Virus record (IMG/VR): IMGVR_UViG_3300047669_001912
Coordinates: 1 to 32,775 of that record
From: a virus
Lineage: Duplodnaviria; Caudoviricetes
Reading direction: 5' to 3' (one strand)
Length of the DNA stretch: 32,775 bases
Made by a program: the position numbers and the translations under genes. Below the pieces are notes generated by a model. The model worked only from the letters and a program-made list of their open reading frames with translations, searched no databases and was not told where the DNA came from. Shown here in pieces: positions 9,046 to 18,259 of the stretch; position 1 is the first letter of the stretch; every line of letters begins with the position of its first letter.

Positions 9046-9909
9046 ATGGCAACTAACCCTTATTTCAATCATTATGGAAAAAATACCGCAGACCAACGAT
9101 TGATAGAAAATTTAATGATTGAATCTATCAAAACTCATGGTATTGATGTATCCTATTGTCCAAGAACTATGGTCGATGAAGACATATTAATGGGTGAAGA
9201 TGGACTTTCTCAATATAATAGTGCCCATACAATTGAAATGTATATCAAAACTATTGATGGTTTTGAAGGTGAGGGTGATTTTATATCTAAATTTGGATTA
9301 CAAATAAAAGATCAAATAACCTTTACTGTAGCAAGACGTAGATGGGCTGAATTGGGATTAACTGGTGATGGTAGAGATACTGCACCAAAAGAGGGAGATT
9401 TAATATATTTTCCTATGACTAATGCTCTGTTTCAAGTACTGTTCGTGGAAGATGAATCGATATTTTATCAAACTGGTGGACTACAAGTTTTCGATCTCTT
9501 ATGTGAAATGTTTACTTATTCAAATCAAAAACTGAATACTGGTATAAATGATATTGATAAAATTGAACGACTACAAGCCTACTCTTTAAATTTTACTATG
9601 AATGTTGGAAGTGGAAATTATACTGTAGAAGAAATTGTATATCAAGGAAGTTCTTTATCGGAAGCAACTGTACAGGGAGAAGTCGCTAGTTGGAATTCTA
9701 CAACTAAAATATTAAATCTTATTAATATGACAGGAAATTTTTCTGGTACTGTTAATATTATAGGTGATAACTCAAATGCTAATTATTCTGTCACTTCATT
9801 TAATGCACAAGATTCAACGTCAGCATCCGTTGGTGATAATTTAGCAATAGAACAAGAAGCTGATTCTATTATTGATTTCACTGAAGGTAATCCGTTTGGG
9901 AGCTTATAA
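9046..9909 (+). CDS. gp14: Neck protein gp14
   Basis: NPYFN; GFEGEGDFISKFGLQI; PKEGDLIYFP; DFTEGNPFG. Confidence 0.93.
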   Translation: MATNPYFNHYGKNTADQRLIENLMIESIKTHGIDVSYCPRTMVDEDILMGEDGLSQYNSAHTIEMYIKTIDGFEGEGDFISKFGLQIKDQITFTVARRRWAELGLTGDGRDTAPKEGDLIYFPMTNALFQVLFVEDESIFYQTGGLQVFDLLCEMFTYSNQKLNTGINDIDKIERLQAYSLNFTMNVGSGNYTVEEIVYQGSSLSEATVQGEVASWNSTTKILNLINMTGNFSGTVNIIGDNSNANYSVTSFNAQDSTSASVGDNLAIEQEADSIIDFTEGNPFGSL

Positions 9910-10850
9910 TGTTAGGACAAACTTATTATCATGAAACTATTAGAAAATATGTTGCTGTATTTGGAACTCTTTTTAATGATATTAATATTCAGAGAAAAAA
10001 CTCGTCAGGTGTAGTACTTCAACAAATTAAAGTTCCTATCGCGTATGAAGCTAAAGATAAAATGTTATTGCGTGTGAGAAGAGGGTCTAAAGCAGATCAG
10101 AGTATTGGAATAAGTTTACCGAGAATGGGGTTTGGTTTAAATGCTATTATATATGATCCACTTAGAAAATTAAGTACTTTAGGACAAACTTATGCAGCAA
10201 ATAATGCAACCTCTTCTACTACATTATTAAAACAGTATAATCCTGTACCTTATAATTTTGAGTTTGAATTGTCTGCAATGGTAGATAACTCAGAAGATGG
10301 TGCTCAGATTTTTGAGCAAATTGTCCCATTTTTTACACCAGAGTTTACAGTTAGTGTGAGTTTAATCCCCTCCATGAACATTAAACCTGATATTACAATA
10401 ATATTAAATGATGTTTCTATTGATGATTCTTATGAGGGTGATTTAACTGTAAGAAGAGAAATACTTTGGAGCTTAAATTTTACACTGAAGGGGTTTATTT
10501 ATCCAGATGTTAAATCTGGGTCAGTTGTTAAAACGGTTATAGTACATCTCCGTACTCCTGCAGAAGTTGGAGAATCAGAATATATTATTTTAGAAAATAG
10601 TACAGATTTTTCAATAAATCATTTAATTTTGGACGCGGATGCGGGTTCCCCAAATGATACTAGTGTAATGAAAATACTTAGTGAAGACAGTTTTGATTCA
10701 TCAATGGCAGGAATTAAAACACGAATAACAACTACTCCTGGAGCAGTTGATGTTATAGCAAGTGATGATTTTGGATATTCACAAACAGTTGAATATTTTG
10801 ATGATACTATAGATAATAATCCAACAACTGGATTGGATGTTAATTTATAA
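9909..10850 (+). CDS. gp15: Tail sheath stabiliser/completion protein gp15
   Basis: YYHETIRKYVAVFGTLFNDI; LPRMGF; PVPYN; QIFEQIVPFFTP. Confidence 0.93.
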   Translation: MLGQTYYHETIRKYVAVFGTLFNDINIQRKNSSGVVLQQIKVPIAYEAKDKMLLRVRRGSKADQSIGISLPRMGFGLNAIIYDPLRKLSTLGQTYAANNATSSTTLLKQYNPVPYNFEFELSAMVDNSEDGAQIFEQIVPFFTPEFTVSVSLIPSMNIKPDITIILNDVSIDDSYEGDLTVRREILWSLNFTLKGFIYPDVKSGSVVKTVIVHLRTPAEVGESEYIILENSTDFSINHLILDADAGSPNDTSVMKILSEDSFDSSMAGIKTRITTTPGAVDVIASDDFGYSQTVEYFDDTIDNNPTTGLDVNL

Positions 10851-10862
10851 TGATAGGAAAAA

Positions 10863-11294
10863 ATGGAAAAAATAATAGACCAAAGAATAGACGAAATTCT
10901 TGAGATTACAAGTCTTGTTCCCACCTCAGAATTAAAGCCTGTGTCTGACCAAAGGATCAAACCAAAAACTGATGGTAAGGATCAAGATACGGATTATGAG
11001 TATGCGAGAGAAAATTACTACAACCTCATTGAGAGAAATCAAGATGCTGTAGAAGAAATGTTAGAGATAGCTAAACAATCGGAATCTCCTCGTGCATTTG
11101 AAGTTGTAGGACAGCTTATCAAAGCGGGGTTAGATGCGAACAAGGAAATGATGGGTCTACATAAGACCAAGAAGGAATTAAAAATAGAAAAGGGTGGAAC
11201 TACGTCATTGGTAAATAATGCAGTGTTTGTAGGAAGTACAGCTGAATTACAAAAAATGTTGAAAATGCACAAAGTTGAAGAGGAAACTCCGTAA
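10863..11294 (+). CDS. gp16: Terminase small subunit gp16
   Basis: DYEYARENYY; SESPRAFEVVGQLIK; NNAVFVGSTAELQKML. Confidence 0.92.
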   Translation: MEKIIDQRIDEILEITSLVPTSELKPVSDQRIKPKTDGKDQDTDYEYARENYYNLIERNQDAVEEMLEIAKQSESPRAFEVVGQLIKAGLDANKEMMGLHKTKKELKIEKGGTTSLVNNAVFVGSTAELQKMLKMHKVEEETP

Positions 11295-12928
11295 TGGCAA
11301 GTGAAAATTATTTAGGTAACCCGAATCTTAAGAACGTTGGTCAGAATATAGATTGGACGAAGACCACTCTCAAAGAATACATGAAGTGCAAAGAGTCTCC
11401 TGAATATTTTATAGAAAATTATGTTCAGATTGTACATCTAGACAAAGGTCTAGTGAAATTTAAGATGTATGATTATCAAAGAGATATGGTTAGAAAATTT
11501 AATGATAATCGTTTTGTAATCTGTAAACTACCTCGACAAACAGGAAAATCCACTACAATTATTTCCTTCCTTCTTCATTATATCCTGTTCAATGAAAGTG
11601 TTAACGTTGCTATTCTTGCCAACAAGGGTGCAACAGCAAGAGAACTCCTATCTAGATTACAACTTGCATACGAACATTTACCAAAATGGTTACAACAAGG
11701 TGCAGTTGTATGGAACAAAGGTAATATTGAAATAGAGAATGGGTCTAAAGTTATTGCCTCAGCAACTTCTAGTTCTGCTGTTCGAGGTAGTTCATTTAAT
11801 ATCATTTTTCTTGATGAGTTTGCTCACGTTCCACAAAATATAGCAGAACAATTCTTCACCTCTGTTTATCCTACAATTTCTTCTGGTGAATCGACTAAGG
11901 TACTTATTGTTTCGACTCCACTTGGACTGAATATGTTCTATAAAATGTGGATAGAAGCAGAAGAAAAAAGAAGTGACTATGTACCAATTGCAGTTCATTG
12001 GTCAGAGATGCCGGGGAGAGATGCAAAGTGGAAAGAGGAAACAATACGTAATACTTCTGAATTACAGTTCACACAGGAATTTGAATGTGAATTTGTGGGG
12101 TCAACCTATACATTAATTGCTCCATCTAAATTGAGAACGTTGGTTTTTGCCAATCCAATACACAGTAATAATCACTTGGATGTATTTCAAGAACCAATAA
12201 AAAATCATGTATATGCATTGATAGCCGATACTGCTCAAGGAAAAGGTGTAGATTATTCAGCCTTTATTGTATTTGATGTTACTAAGACACCCTATAGACA
12301 AGTAGCAAAATTTAAAGATAATACTATTTCACCCTTATTGTATCCTAATGTAATTTACAATGTGGGGAATAAGTATAATATGGCTCATGTTTTGATTGAG
12401 GTGAATGATATTGGTTCTCAAGTTGCGGATACTATACACTATGATTTAGAGTATGAAAACATAATGATTGTTACTCAGAGAGGGAGAGCTGGTCAACAAA
12501 TTGGTGGTGGGTTTACAAAGAACATTCAGTTAGGACTAAGAACGAGTAAACAAATTAAGAGAATTGGATGTGCAACTCTAAAAGATATGATAGAACAAGA
12601 ACAATTGATTCTTCCAGATTTTGATACGATTAGTGAACTTACTACATTTGCTCTACGAAATAATACATATCAAGCAGAAGAAGGTTCTCATGATGATTTG
12701 GCGATGTGTTTAGTTATATTTTCGTGGTTGGTGAATCAACGATATTTTAAGGAATTGACAAATATGGATATCAGAAAACAGTTGTGGGAAGAACAAATGG
12801 AAACTTTAGAACAAGATATGTTGCCGTTTGGAATTATAGATTCCGGATTAGAAGAAGAAACTTTTAAAGATACTGGTGGGCAAACCTGGACAGTTGATGA
12901 TAGTAATGATAGAAGATTATATAATTAA
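11294..12928 (+). CDS. gp17: Terminase large subunit gp17
   Basis: PRQTGKST Walker A; IIFLDEFAHV Walker B; STPLG; HDDLAM nuclease motif. Confidence 0.97.
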   Translation: MASENYLGNPNLKNVGQNIDWTKTTLKEYMKCKESPEYFIENYVQIVHLDKGLVKFKMYDYQRDMVRKFNDNRFVICKLPRQTGKSTTIISFLLHYILFNESVNVAILANKGATARELLSRLQLAYEHLPKWLQQGAVVWNKGNIEIENGSKVIASATSSSAVRGSSFNIIFLDEFAHVPQNIAEQFFTSVYPTISSGESTKVLIVSTPLGLNMFYKMWIEAEEKRSDYVPIAVHWSEMPGRDAKWKEETIRNTSELQFTQEFECEFVGSTYTLIAPSKLRTLVFANPIHSNNHLDVFQEPIKNHVYALIADTAQGKGVDYSAFIVFDVTKTPYRQVAKFKDNTISPLLYPNVIYNVGNKYNMAHVLIEVNDIGSQVADTIHYDLEYENIMIVTQRGRAGQQIGGGFTKNIQLGLRTSKQIKRIGCATLKDMIEQEQLILPDFDTISELTTFALRNNTYQAEEGSHDDLAMCLVIFSWLVNQRYFKELTNMDIRKQLWEEQMETLEQDMLPFGIIDSGLEEETFKDTGGQTWTVDDSNDRRLYN

Positions 12929-13404
12929 GTAAAAGGATCTATATCACCAAAGTTAACTTCTGTGGGTGGGTGGTTTATTTCTGTTATTAAATCCTCAATT
13001 TTATTAAGTAAATCAGGTCTTTCCTTTTTTAATCTAGTCAGAAAACTAATAGAACCTGTGACTAGTTGATCTGGTCGAATAGTTAATCTTTTTCCTATTT
13101 TTCTTTTATTAGATATTTCAAGGTGTTTGGGATTTACACAAGATGGATTGAAACAAGTTTGGGTTATTACTTCATGATCAGCAATTTCACCGTGAAGTCC
13201 AGTTGAGGGGGAAAACATACCATACATCATTACTGCAAATCTACTAGCAGGCATGGTTCTTCCCATAACGGAAAACATTCCATGTCCTGTTTTATTTTTT
13301 GCAGCAAGCCAAATATGACATTTTGTATTTGTCTCAGAGCGATCAACTTTTTTAAGAAATCTCTTTGTTATACTTTTACTATCCCAGAATTTAACTTTGT
13401 CCAT
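12925..13404 (-). CDS. HNH (HNH_3/T7 gp2.8-like) endonuclease homologue, catalytic residues apparently degenerate
   Basis: RFLKKVD..CHIWLAAK...GHG.F...ASR...QTCFNPSCVNPKHL. AAAAAGG upstream on the minus strand. Stop overlaps the gp17 stop (TTAA). Confidence 0.75.
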   Translation of the reverse strand: MDKVKFWDSKSITKRFLKKVDRSETNTKCHIWLAAKNKTGHGMFSVMGRTMPASRFAVMMYGMFSPSTGLHGEIADHEVITQTCFNPSCVNPKHLEISNKRKIGKRLTIRPDQLVTGSISFLTRLKKERPDLLNKIEDLITEINHPPTEVNFGDIDPFT

Positions 13405-13437
13405 TTTGACCTTTTTGTATATTTATGATAACACTAA

Positions 13438-13475
13438 CTATTTATGATTTTGAAGAATTGAAAAATCATAAATAG
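13438..13475. promoter_or_regulatory. Perfect 14-bp inverted repeat containing divergent CATAAATA late-promoter-like boxes
   Basis: CTATTTATGATTTT (13438-13451), 10-nt spacer, AAAATCATAAATAG (13462-13475). Confidence 0.65.
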
Positions 13476-13530
13476 ATTCAGATAGTATTATTACTATAAT
13501 TACAATAAAACTTTATTTAGGAGAGATAAA

Positions 13531-15723
13531 ATGCCTTTTACAATTAGTCCAGGCGTTGTCACCAAAGAAATCGATTTGACTACTGTTGTACCTTCAACTT
13601 CTATGACCGAAGGTGGAATTGCAGGGCCGTTCAATTGGGGACCTGCGTATGAAAGAACAATAGTATCTAATGAAGCAGAATTAGCAAGTATCTTTGGTAA
13701 ACCCGTTTCAGCTACATACAAAACATTTTTTACTGCTGCAAGTTATCTCGCGTATTCTGCGAATCTTAAAGTGGTTCGTACACCTAATATAACTGATGCT
13801 AAAAATGCAACAATGGACTCAGCCAATACTGTCTATATCGCAAATGATGAAGATTATGAAAATACTTATGATCCAAATATGGGAGGAAGTCAAAGTAGTG
13901 ATTTCGGTCCTTTCATAGCAAAATATCCTGGAGATCTAGGAAATAGTCTTAGAGTTTCTATGTGTGGTGCGGCTAAAGCAAACACCAACGCGGATGGTAC
14001 ACTTAATTCGAATACAGATGTTGTCTTAACAGGTACATCTGCTTGGACACAGAGTGGTGGAGCATTGGCAGGATCTGGTACTTTTTATCAAACAGAATTA
14101 AGTGTTGGAGATGTTATTTTACTTGGAGCTAAGTATTTAGTACTGAAAACTATTACTAGTAACACTGTAGCAACTGCATCAAGTGCATATGGATCTGATA
14201 TAGCTGATGGATCTACTGTACGTAAAATAAGATCTGGATTCGCAGAACCATCTACTCAAATGATTGGTACTGTAGCCGTTTCTGCTAATGGTTCTGTTAT
14301 AACAGGTACAAGCACAGAGTTTTCAACTCAAGTTAGTGTGGGTGATATAATTAAATTAGAAGGTATTTTAGAAGAAAGAAAAGTTACCGTTGTTAGTAGT
14401 GCAACTTCTATGACAGTTGATGCACCATTTGTTTTAGCCGCGGCAGCAAATACATGGTCACGTACATGGGAATATGCTAGTTCATTCGATGATCATCCTA
14501 CTACTACAGCTTATGCAGCAAGAAATAGTGGATCAAATGATGAAATGCATATAATAATAGAAGATCAAGACGGAGAATTTGCTGGAGCAAACAACACTGT
14601 AATTGAAACATATTCAGGAGTTTCAGTTGCTGCAGGTGCTAAGTCAGAAGATGGTCAGAGTAACTATTACAAAGATAGACTCAATAGAGGATCATCGTAT
14701 GTTCGTTGGATGGATCATGCTATAGAAGGAGATGCAGATTCTGCTTATGGAACAACTGCTTGGGGTGGAGTGGCAACAGGAAAATTTAATGCAAAAGGGG
14801 CTATTGTTTCTGCAAGTTTAACTGGTGGACATTCTGGATCAGCTTCAACTCCTGGAAATATTCAAATAGGATTGGATGAATTTAAAAATACAGAAGAGGT
14901 AGATGTAACACTTTTAATGACAGCAGATGCAGGTGCGGCTACACAAATTTATGCTATTAATAATATAGCAGAATATCGTAAAGATTGTGTGGCGTTTGTT
15001 TCACCTCCACAAATAGCCGTTGTCAATAACGCGGGATCAGAACTTAAGGATGTAGTAGCTCATCGCGAGTCGATGCCTAGTTCTTCTTATGCAGTTATGG
15101 ATTCTGGATGGAAATATATGTATGATAAATATAACGATGTATACAGATATGTTCCATTGAATGGTGATATTGCTGGATGTTGTGCATTTACAGATCAAAC
15201 TCGTGATCCATTTTGGTCTCCTGCTGGTGCAGTGAGAGGTAATATTCGTAATGCTATTAAATTACCTTTTAATCCGAATAAAACACAAAGAGATGGACTT
15301 TATAAAAAAGGTGTTAATCCTATAGTGGGAATGCCTGGACAAGGAATTCTTCTTTTCGGAGATAAGACACTACTAGCAAAACCTAGTGCTTTTGATCGTA
15401 TCAATGTACGAAGATTGTTTATTCTTTTGGAAAAATCAATCGCCAATATGGCAAAATCGTTCTTGTTTGAATTCAACGATTCTTTTACACGTTCCAGATT
15501 TGTATCTACAGTAGAACCTTTCTTGAGAAATATTAAAGCCCGACAAGGTGTTCAAGATTTTAAGGTTATTTGTGATGGTTCAAATAATACTGGTGATGTG
15601 GTTGACCGTAACGAATTTCGTGGTGATATTTATGTAAAACCATCTCGTTCTATTAACTTCATACAGCTTCAATTTGTTGCTGTAAGATCTGGTGTCGAGT
15701 TTAGTGAAATTACAGGCGGCTAA
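13531..15723 (+). CDS. gp18: Tail sheath protein gp18
   Basis: SPGVVTKEIDLT; FNWGP; YDKYNDVYRYVPLNGDIAG; FDRINVRRLF; KPSRSINFI. Confidence 0.97.
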   Translation: MPFTISPGVVTKEIDLTTVVPSTSMTEGGIAGPFNWGPAYERTIVSNEAELASIFGKPVSATYKTFFTAASYLAYSANLKVVRTPNITDAKNATMDSANTVYIANDEDYENTYDPNMGGSQSSDFGPFIAKYPGDLGNSLRVSMCGAAKANTNADGTLNSNTDVVLTGTSAWTQSGGALAGSGTFYQTELSVGDVILLGAKYLVLKTITSNTVATASSAYGSDIADGSTVRKIRSGFAEPSTQMIGTVAVSANGSVITGTSTEFSTQVSVGDIIKLEGILEERKVTVVSSATSMTVDAPFVLAAAANTWSRTWEYASSFDDHPTTTAYAARNSGSNDEMHIIIEDQDGEFAGANNTVIETYSGVSVAAGAKSEDGQSNYYKDRLNRGSSYVRWMDHAIEGDADSAYGTTAWGGVATGKFNAKGAIVSASLTGGHSGSASTPGNIQIGLDEFKNTEEVDVTLLMTADAGAATQIYAINNIAEYRKDCVAFVSPPQIAVVNNAGSELKDVVAHRESMPSSSYAVMDSGWKYMYDKYNDVYRYVPLNGDIAGCCAFTDQTRDPFWSPAGAVRGNIRNAIKLPFNPNKTQRDGLYKKGVNPIVGMPGQGILLFGDKTLLAKPSAFDRINVRRLFILLEKSIANMAKSFLFEFNDSFTRSRFVSTVEPFLRNIKARQGVQDFKVICDGSNNTGDVVDRNEFRGDIYVKPSRSINFIQLQFVAVRSGVEFSEITGG

Positions 15724-15734
15724 TAAAATAGTCT

Positions 15735-15742
15735 TATAAATA
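15735..15742 (+). promoter_or_regulatory. T4-type late promoter TATAAATA
   Basis: Exact consensus between gp18 and gp19. Confidence 0.8.
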
Positions 15743-15837
15743 ATAGTATAGGTGGGGGAAGACGATGGTTTCCGAAGGGAGTACTTGTAAAAAAGACTTC
15801 CCCATTACATCTTTAATCTAATCATCGGAGAAAAACA

Positions 15838-16386
15838 ATGGCAGATCCAGTATTTAGCCCAACTAACTTTTTATCTAAACTAGGAGATGGTGGTGCATTA
15901 CAATCACTTTTTTCTTGTTCTCTTACATCAAGTGCTTCAAGTGTTGCGGACATGGGTTCAGTCGAATTTCTTTGTCACACAACATCTTTTCCAGCGTCAA
16001 CTATAACCTCTACTCCAATTTCTTATATGGGAAGAGAACTAAACATTCCTGGTAATAGAGCAGCAGAGACTTGGACATCTACTATTTATAATGATGAAGG
16101 TCATTCAGTACGTAATGATTTAATCGCTTGGATGAACAAACTTAACGATTTTGAAACTAATACACGTGCTATTAATTATGATGATCCTTCAAAATATGGT
16201 GGAGAAATGTCAGTTAGACAATACTCGAAATCGTCAGAAACAATAACTAATTCTGTGAAGTTTTTTAATATATGGCCTTCTAGTGTGGCGGAAATTTCTC
16301 TTGATTGGGCAACTAGTGAGATTCAAGATTATGAAGTAACTTGGGAATTTTCTCATTGGAATGTTGTTGCAATCGAGGACGAATAA
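15838..16386 (+). CDS. gp19: Tail tube protein gp19
   Basis: FLC....P; YMGRELNIPGNR..ETWT.TIYND; WPSSVAEISLDW; synteny. Confidence 0.9.
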   Translation: MADPVFSPTNFLSKLGDGGALQSLFSCSLTSSASSVADMGSVEFLCHTTSFPASTITSTPISYMGRELNIPGNRAAETWTSTIYNDEGHSVRNDLIAWMNKLNDFETNTRAINYDDPSKYGGEMSVRQYSKSSETITNSVKFFNIWPSSVAEISLDWATSEIQDYEVTWEFSHWNVVAIEDE

Positions 16387-16435
16387 ATCATTTTTACATT
16401 TAAAATTACTATAATTAGAAAAAAGAAAAAAATAT

Positions 16436-18001
16436 ATGGCAGTTGAATTATTTGGTTTTACTATAGGAAGAGTAGACAAAGACAAAAGAAATAAAAAGTC
16501 TTTTGCTCTTCCTGAACCAGAAGACGGCGCAGTTGAAGCTGGACCCACAGGATCAGCATATGGTACATATGTAGATCTTGAGGGTGTAGCAAAAAATGAA
16601 GAGGAAATGATACGGAAATATCGTGATATGGCGAATTTTCCTGAATGTGATCAAGCAATAGATGATGTTATTAATGAAGTAGTCGTCACTAATAGAGAAG
16701 AGGCACCTGTTAGTCTTAGTCTTGAAAAATCTACTCTGTCAGAACCAATAAAAGAACGTATACATAAAGAATTTAAAGAAGTAGTTCGTCTACTTGATTT
16801 TAAAAAAGTTGGTTATGAGTTAATCCGAAAATGGTATGTTGATGGTAGATTATATTTTCATATTATTATTGATGAAAAAAACCCCAAACGTGGTATATTA
16901 GAACTACGTTCAATAGATCCCCTAAAAATAAAGAAGGTTAGACAGCCTAAGTTTACAGAAGGACCAAGTGGTAAAGAAGTAGATACTAATGAATTTCTAG
17001 AGTATTATTTGTTTAATGAATTTGGAATTACAGCCCAAACTGGTGGAGTAACTATGCAAATAGCGGCTGATGCTGTTTCGTATGTTCATTCTGGTATATT
17101 GGATGTAGATAGAAAAGTTGTATTGGGACATCTTCATAAGGCAATTAAACCATTAAATCAACTTAGAATGATTGAGGATGCAGTAGTAATTTACCGTATT
17201 TCAAGAGCACCTGAACGAAGAATTTTCTATATTGATGTGGGTAACTTACCAAAAATAAAAGCAGAACAATATCTTAGTGATATCATGAACAAGTATAAGA
17301 ATAAACTTGTATATGATTCTCAAACAGGTGATGTCAAAGATGATCGTAAGCATATGAGTATGCTTGAAGATTACTGGCTTCCACGTAGAGAAGGTGGTAG
17401 AGGAACAGAAATAACTACATTACCGGGCGGGGAAAACTTAGGAGAACTAGCTGATGTTGAATATTTCAAATCAAAACTATACAAAGCTCTTAATGTTCCC
17501 CCCTCTCGTTTAGAACAAGATTCTGGCTTTATACTAGGACGAGCAGAAGAAATTTCAAGAGATGAAGTAAAATTTACACGTTTTGTTGAAAGACTACGTG
17601 CAAGATTTCAAATATTATTTGATGATATTCTTGAAAAACAATTACTTCTTACTGGTGTAATTTCAGCTCAGGATTGGGAACTTATAAGGGATCAACTAGT
17701 TTATGAATGGCAGTCTGATTCACATTTTGCTGAACTAAAAGATGCTCAAATGATGAAAGAACGATTGGGTATTTTAGTAACTGATATGGGTTACAGAGAT
17801 GAAGTTGTTGGTAAATTTTTCTCTCAAGAGTACATTAATAAGAAGGTTCTTAAATTGACTCAAGCAGAAATAGATGAAATTAAAGATCAGATGGAGAGAG
17901 AGAAGGCAGAAGCAGCTCCTCCAGAGGGAGAATCAGAGGATCAATTTTCTGAATTTGACCCATCATTAAATAAACCTAACTTGAAAGTAATTAATAGTTA
18001 G
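16436..18001 (+). CDS. gp20: Portal protein gp20
   Basis: WYVDGR; IYRISRAPERRIFYIDVGNLP; MLEDYWLPRREGGRGTEITTLPGG. Confidence 0.97.
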   Translation: MAVELFGFTIGRVDKDKRNKKSFALPEPEDGAVEAGPTGSAYGTYVDLEGVAKNEEEMIRKYRDMANFPECDQAIDDVINEVVVTNREEAPVSLSLEKSTLSEPIKERIHKEFKEVVRLLDFKKVGYELIRKWYVDGRLYFHIIIDEKNPKRGILELRSIDPLKIKKVRQPKFTEGPSGKEVDTNEFLEYYLFNEFGITAQTGGVTMQIAADAVSYVHSGILDVDRKVVLGHLHKAIKPLNQLRMIEDAVVIYRISRAPERRIFYIDVGNLPKIKAEQYLSDIMNKYKNKLVYDSQTGDVKDDRKHMSMLEDYWLPRREGGRGTEITTLPGGENLGELADVEYFKSKLYKALNVPPSRLEQDSGFILGRAEEISRDEVKFTRFVERLRARFQILFDDILEKQLLLTGVISAQDWELIRDQLVYEWQSDSHFAELKDAQMMKERLGILVTDMGYRDEVVGKFFSQEYINKKVLKLTQAEIDEIKDQMEREKAEAAPPEGESEDQFSEFDPSLNKPNLKVINS

Positions 18002-18005
18002 AGTT

Positions 18006-18022
18006 TATAAATAGTATAAATA
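18006..18022 (+). promoter_or_regulatory. Tandem late promoters TATAAATA x2 (18006-18013, 18015-18022), plus GATAAATA at 18028-18035
   Basis: Read directly after the gp20 stop. Confidence 0.75.
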
Positions 18023-18058
18023 TAATAGATAAATAAACGTATATAGGAGTTAGTTATT

Positions 18059-18256
18059 ATGTCCGAAATGTCTGCAGTTGAAAATATTGTAGCGTTATCC
18101 GTGAATGGTGATGCAGGAGAAGTAAAATCCGCAATTAACAGTGCGCTCCAGCAGAAGATACTGGTAGCATTAGAAGATAAAAGAAAAGATATAGCAAGTA
18201 CTTTTTTAACCAAAACAGAGGCAGACCCGAAAGGGCCGGAAAGTTCAGGGGAATAA
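18059..18256 (+). CDS. Small prohead core protein (gp67-like)
   Basis: Position after gp20; short helical protein; TAGGAG SD. Confidence 0.6.
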   Translation: MSEMSAVENIVALSVNGDAGEVKSAINSALQQKILVALEDKRKDIASTFLTKTEADPKGPESSGE

Positions 18257-18259
18257 TAG

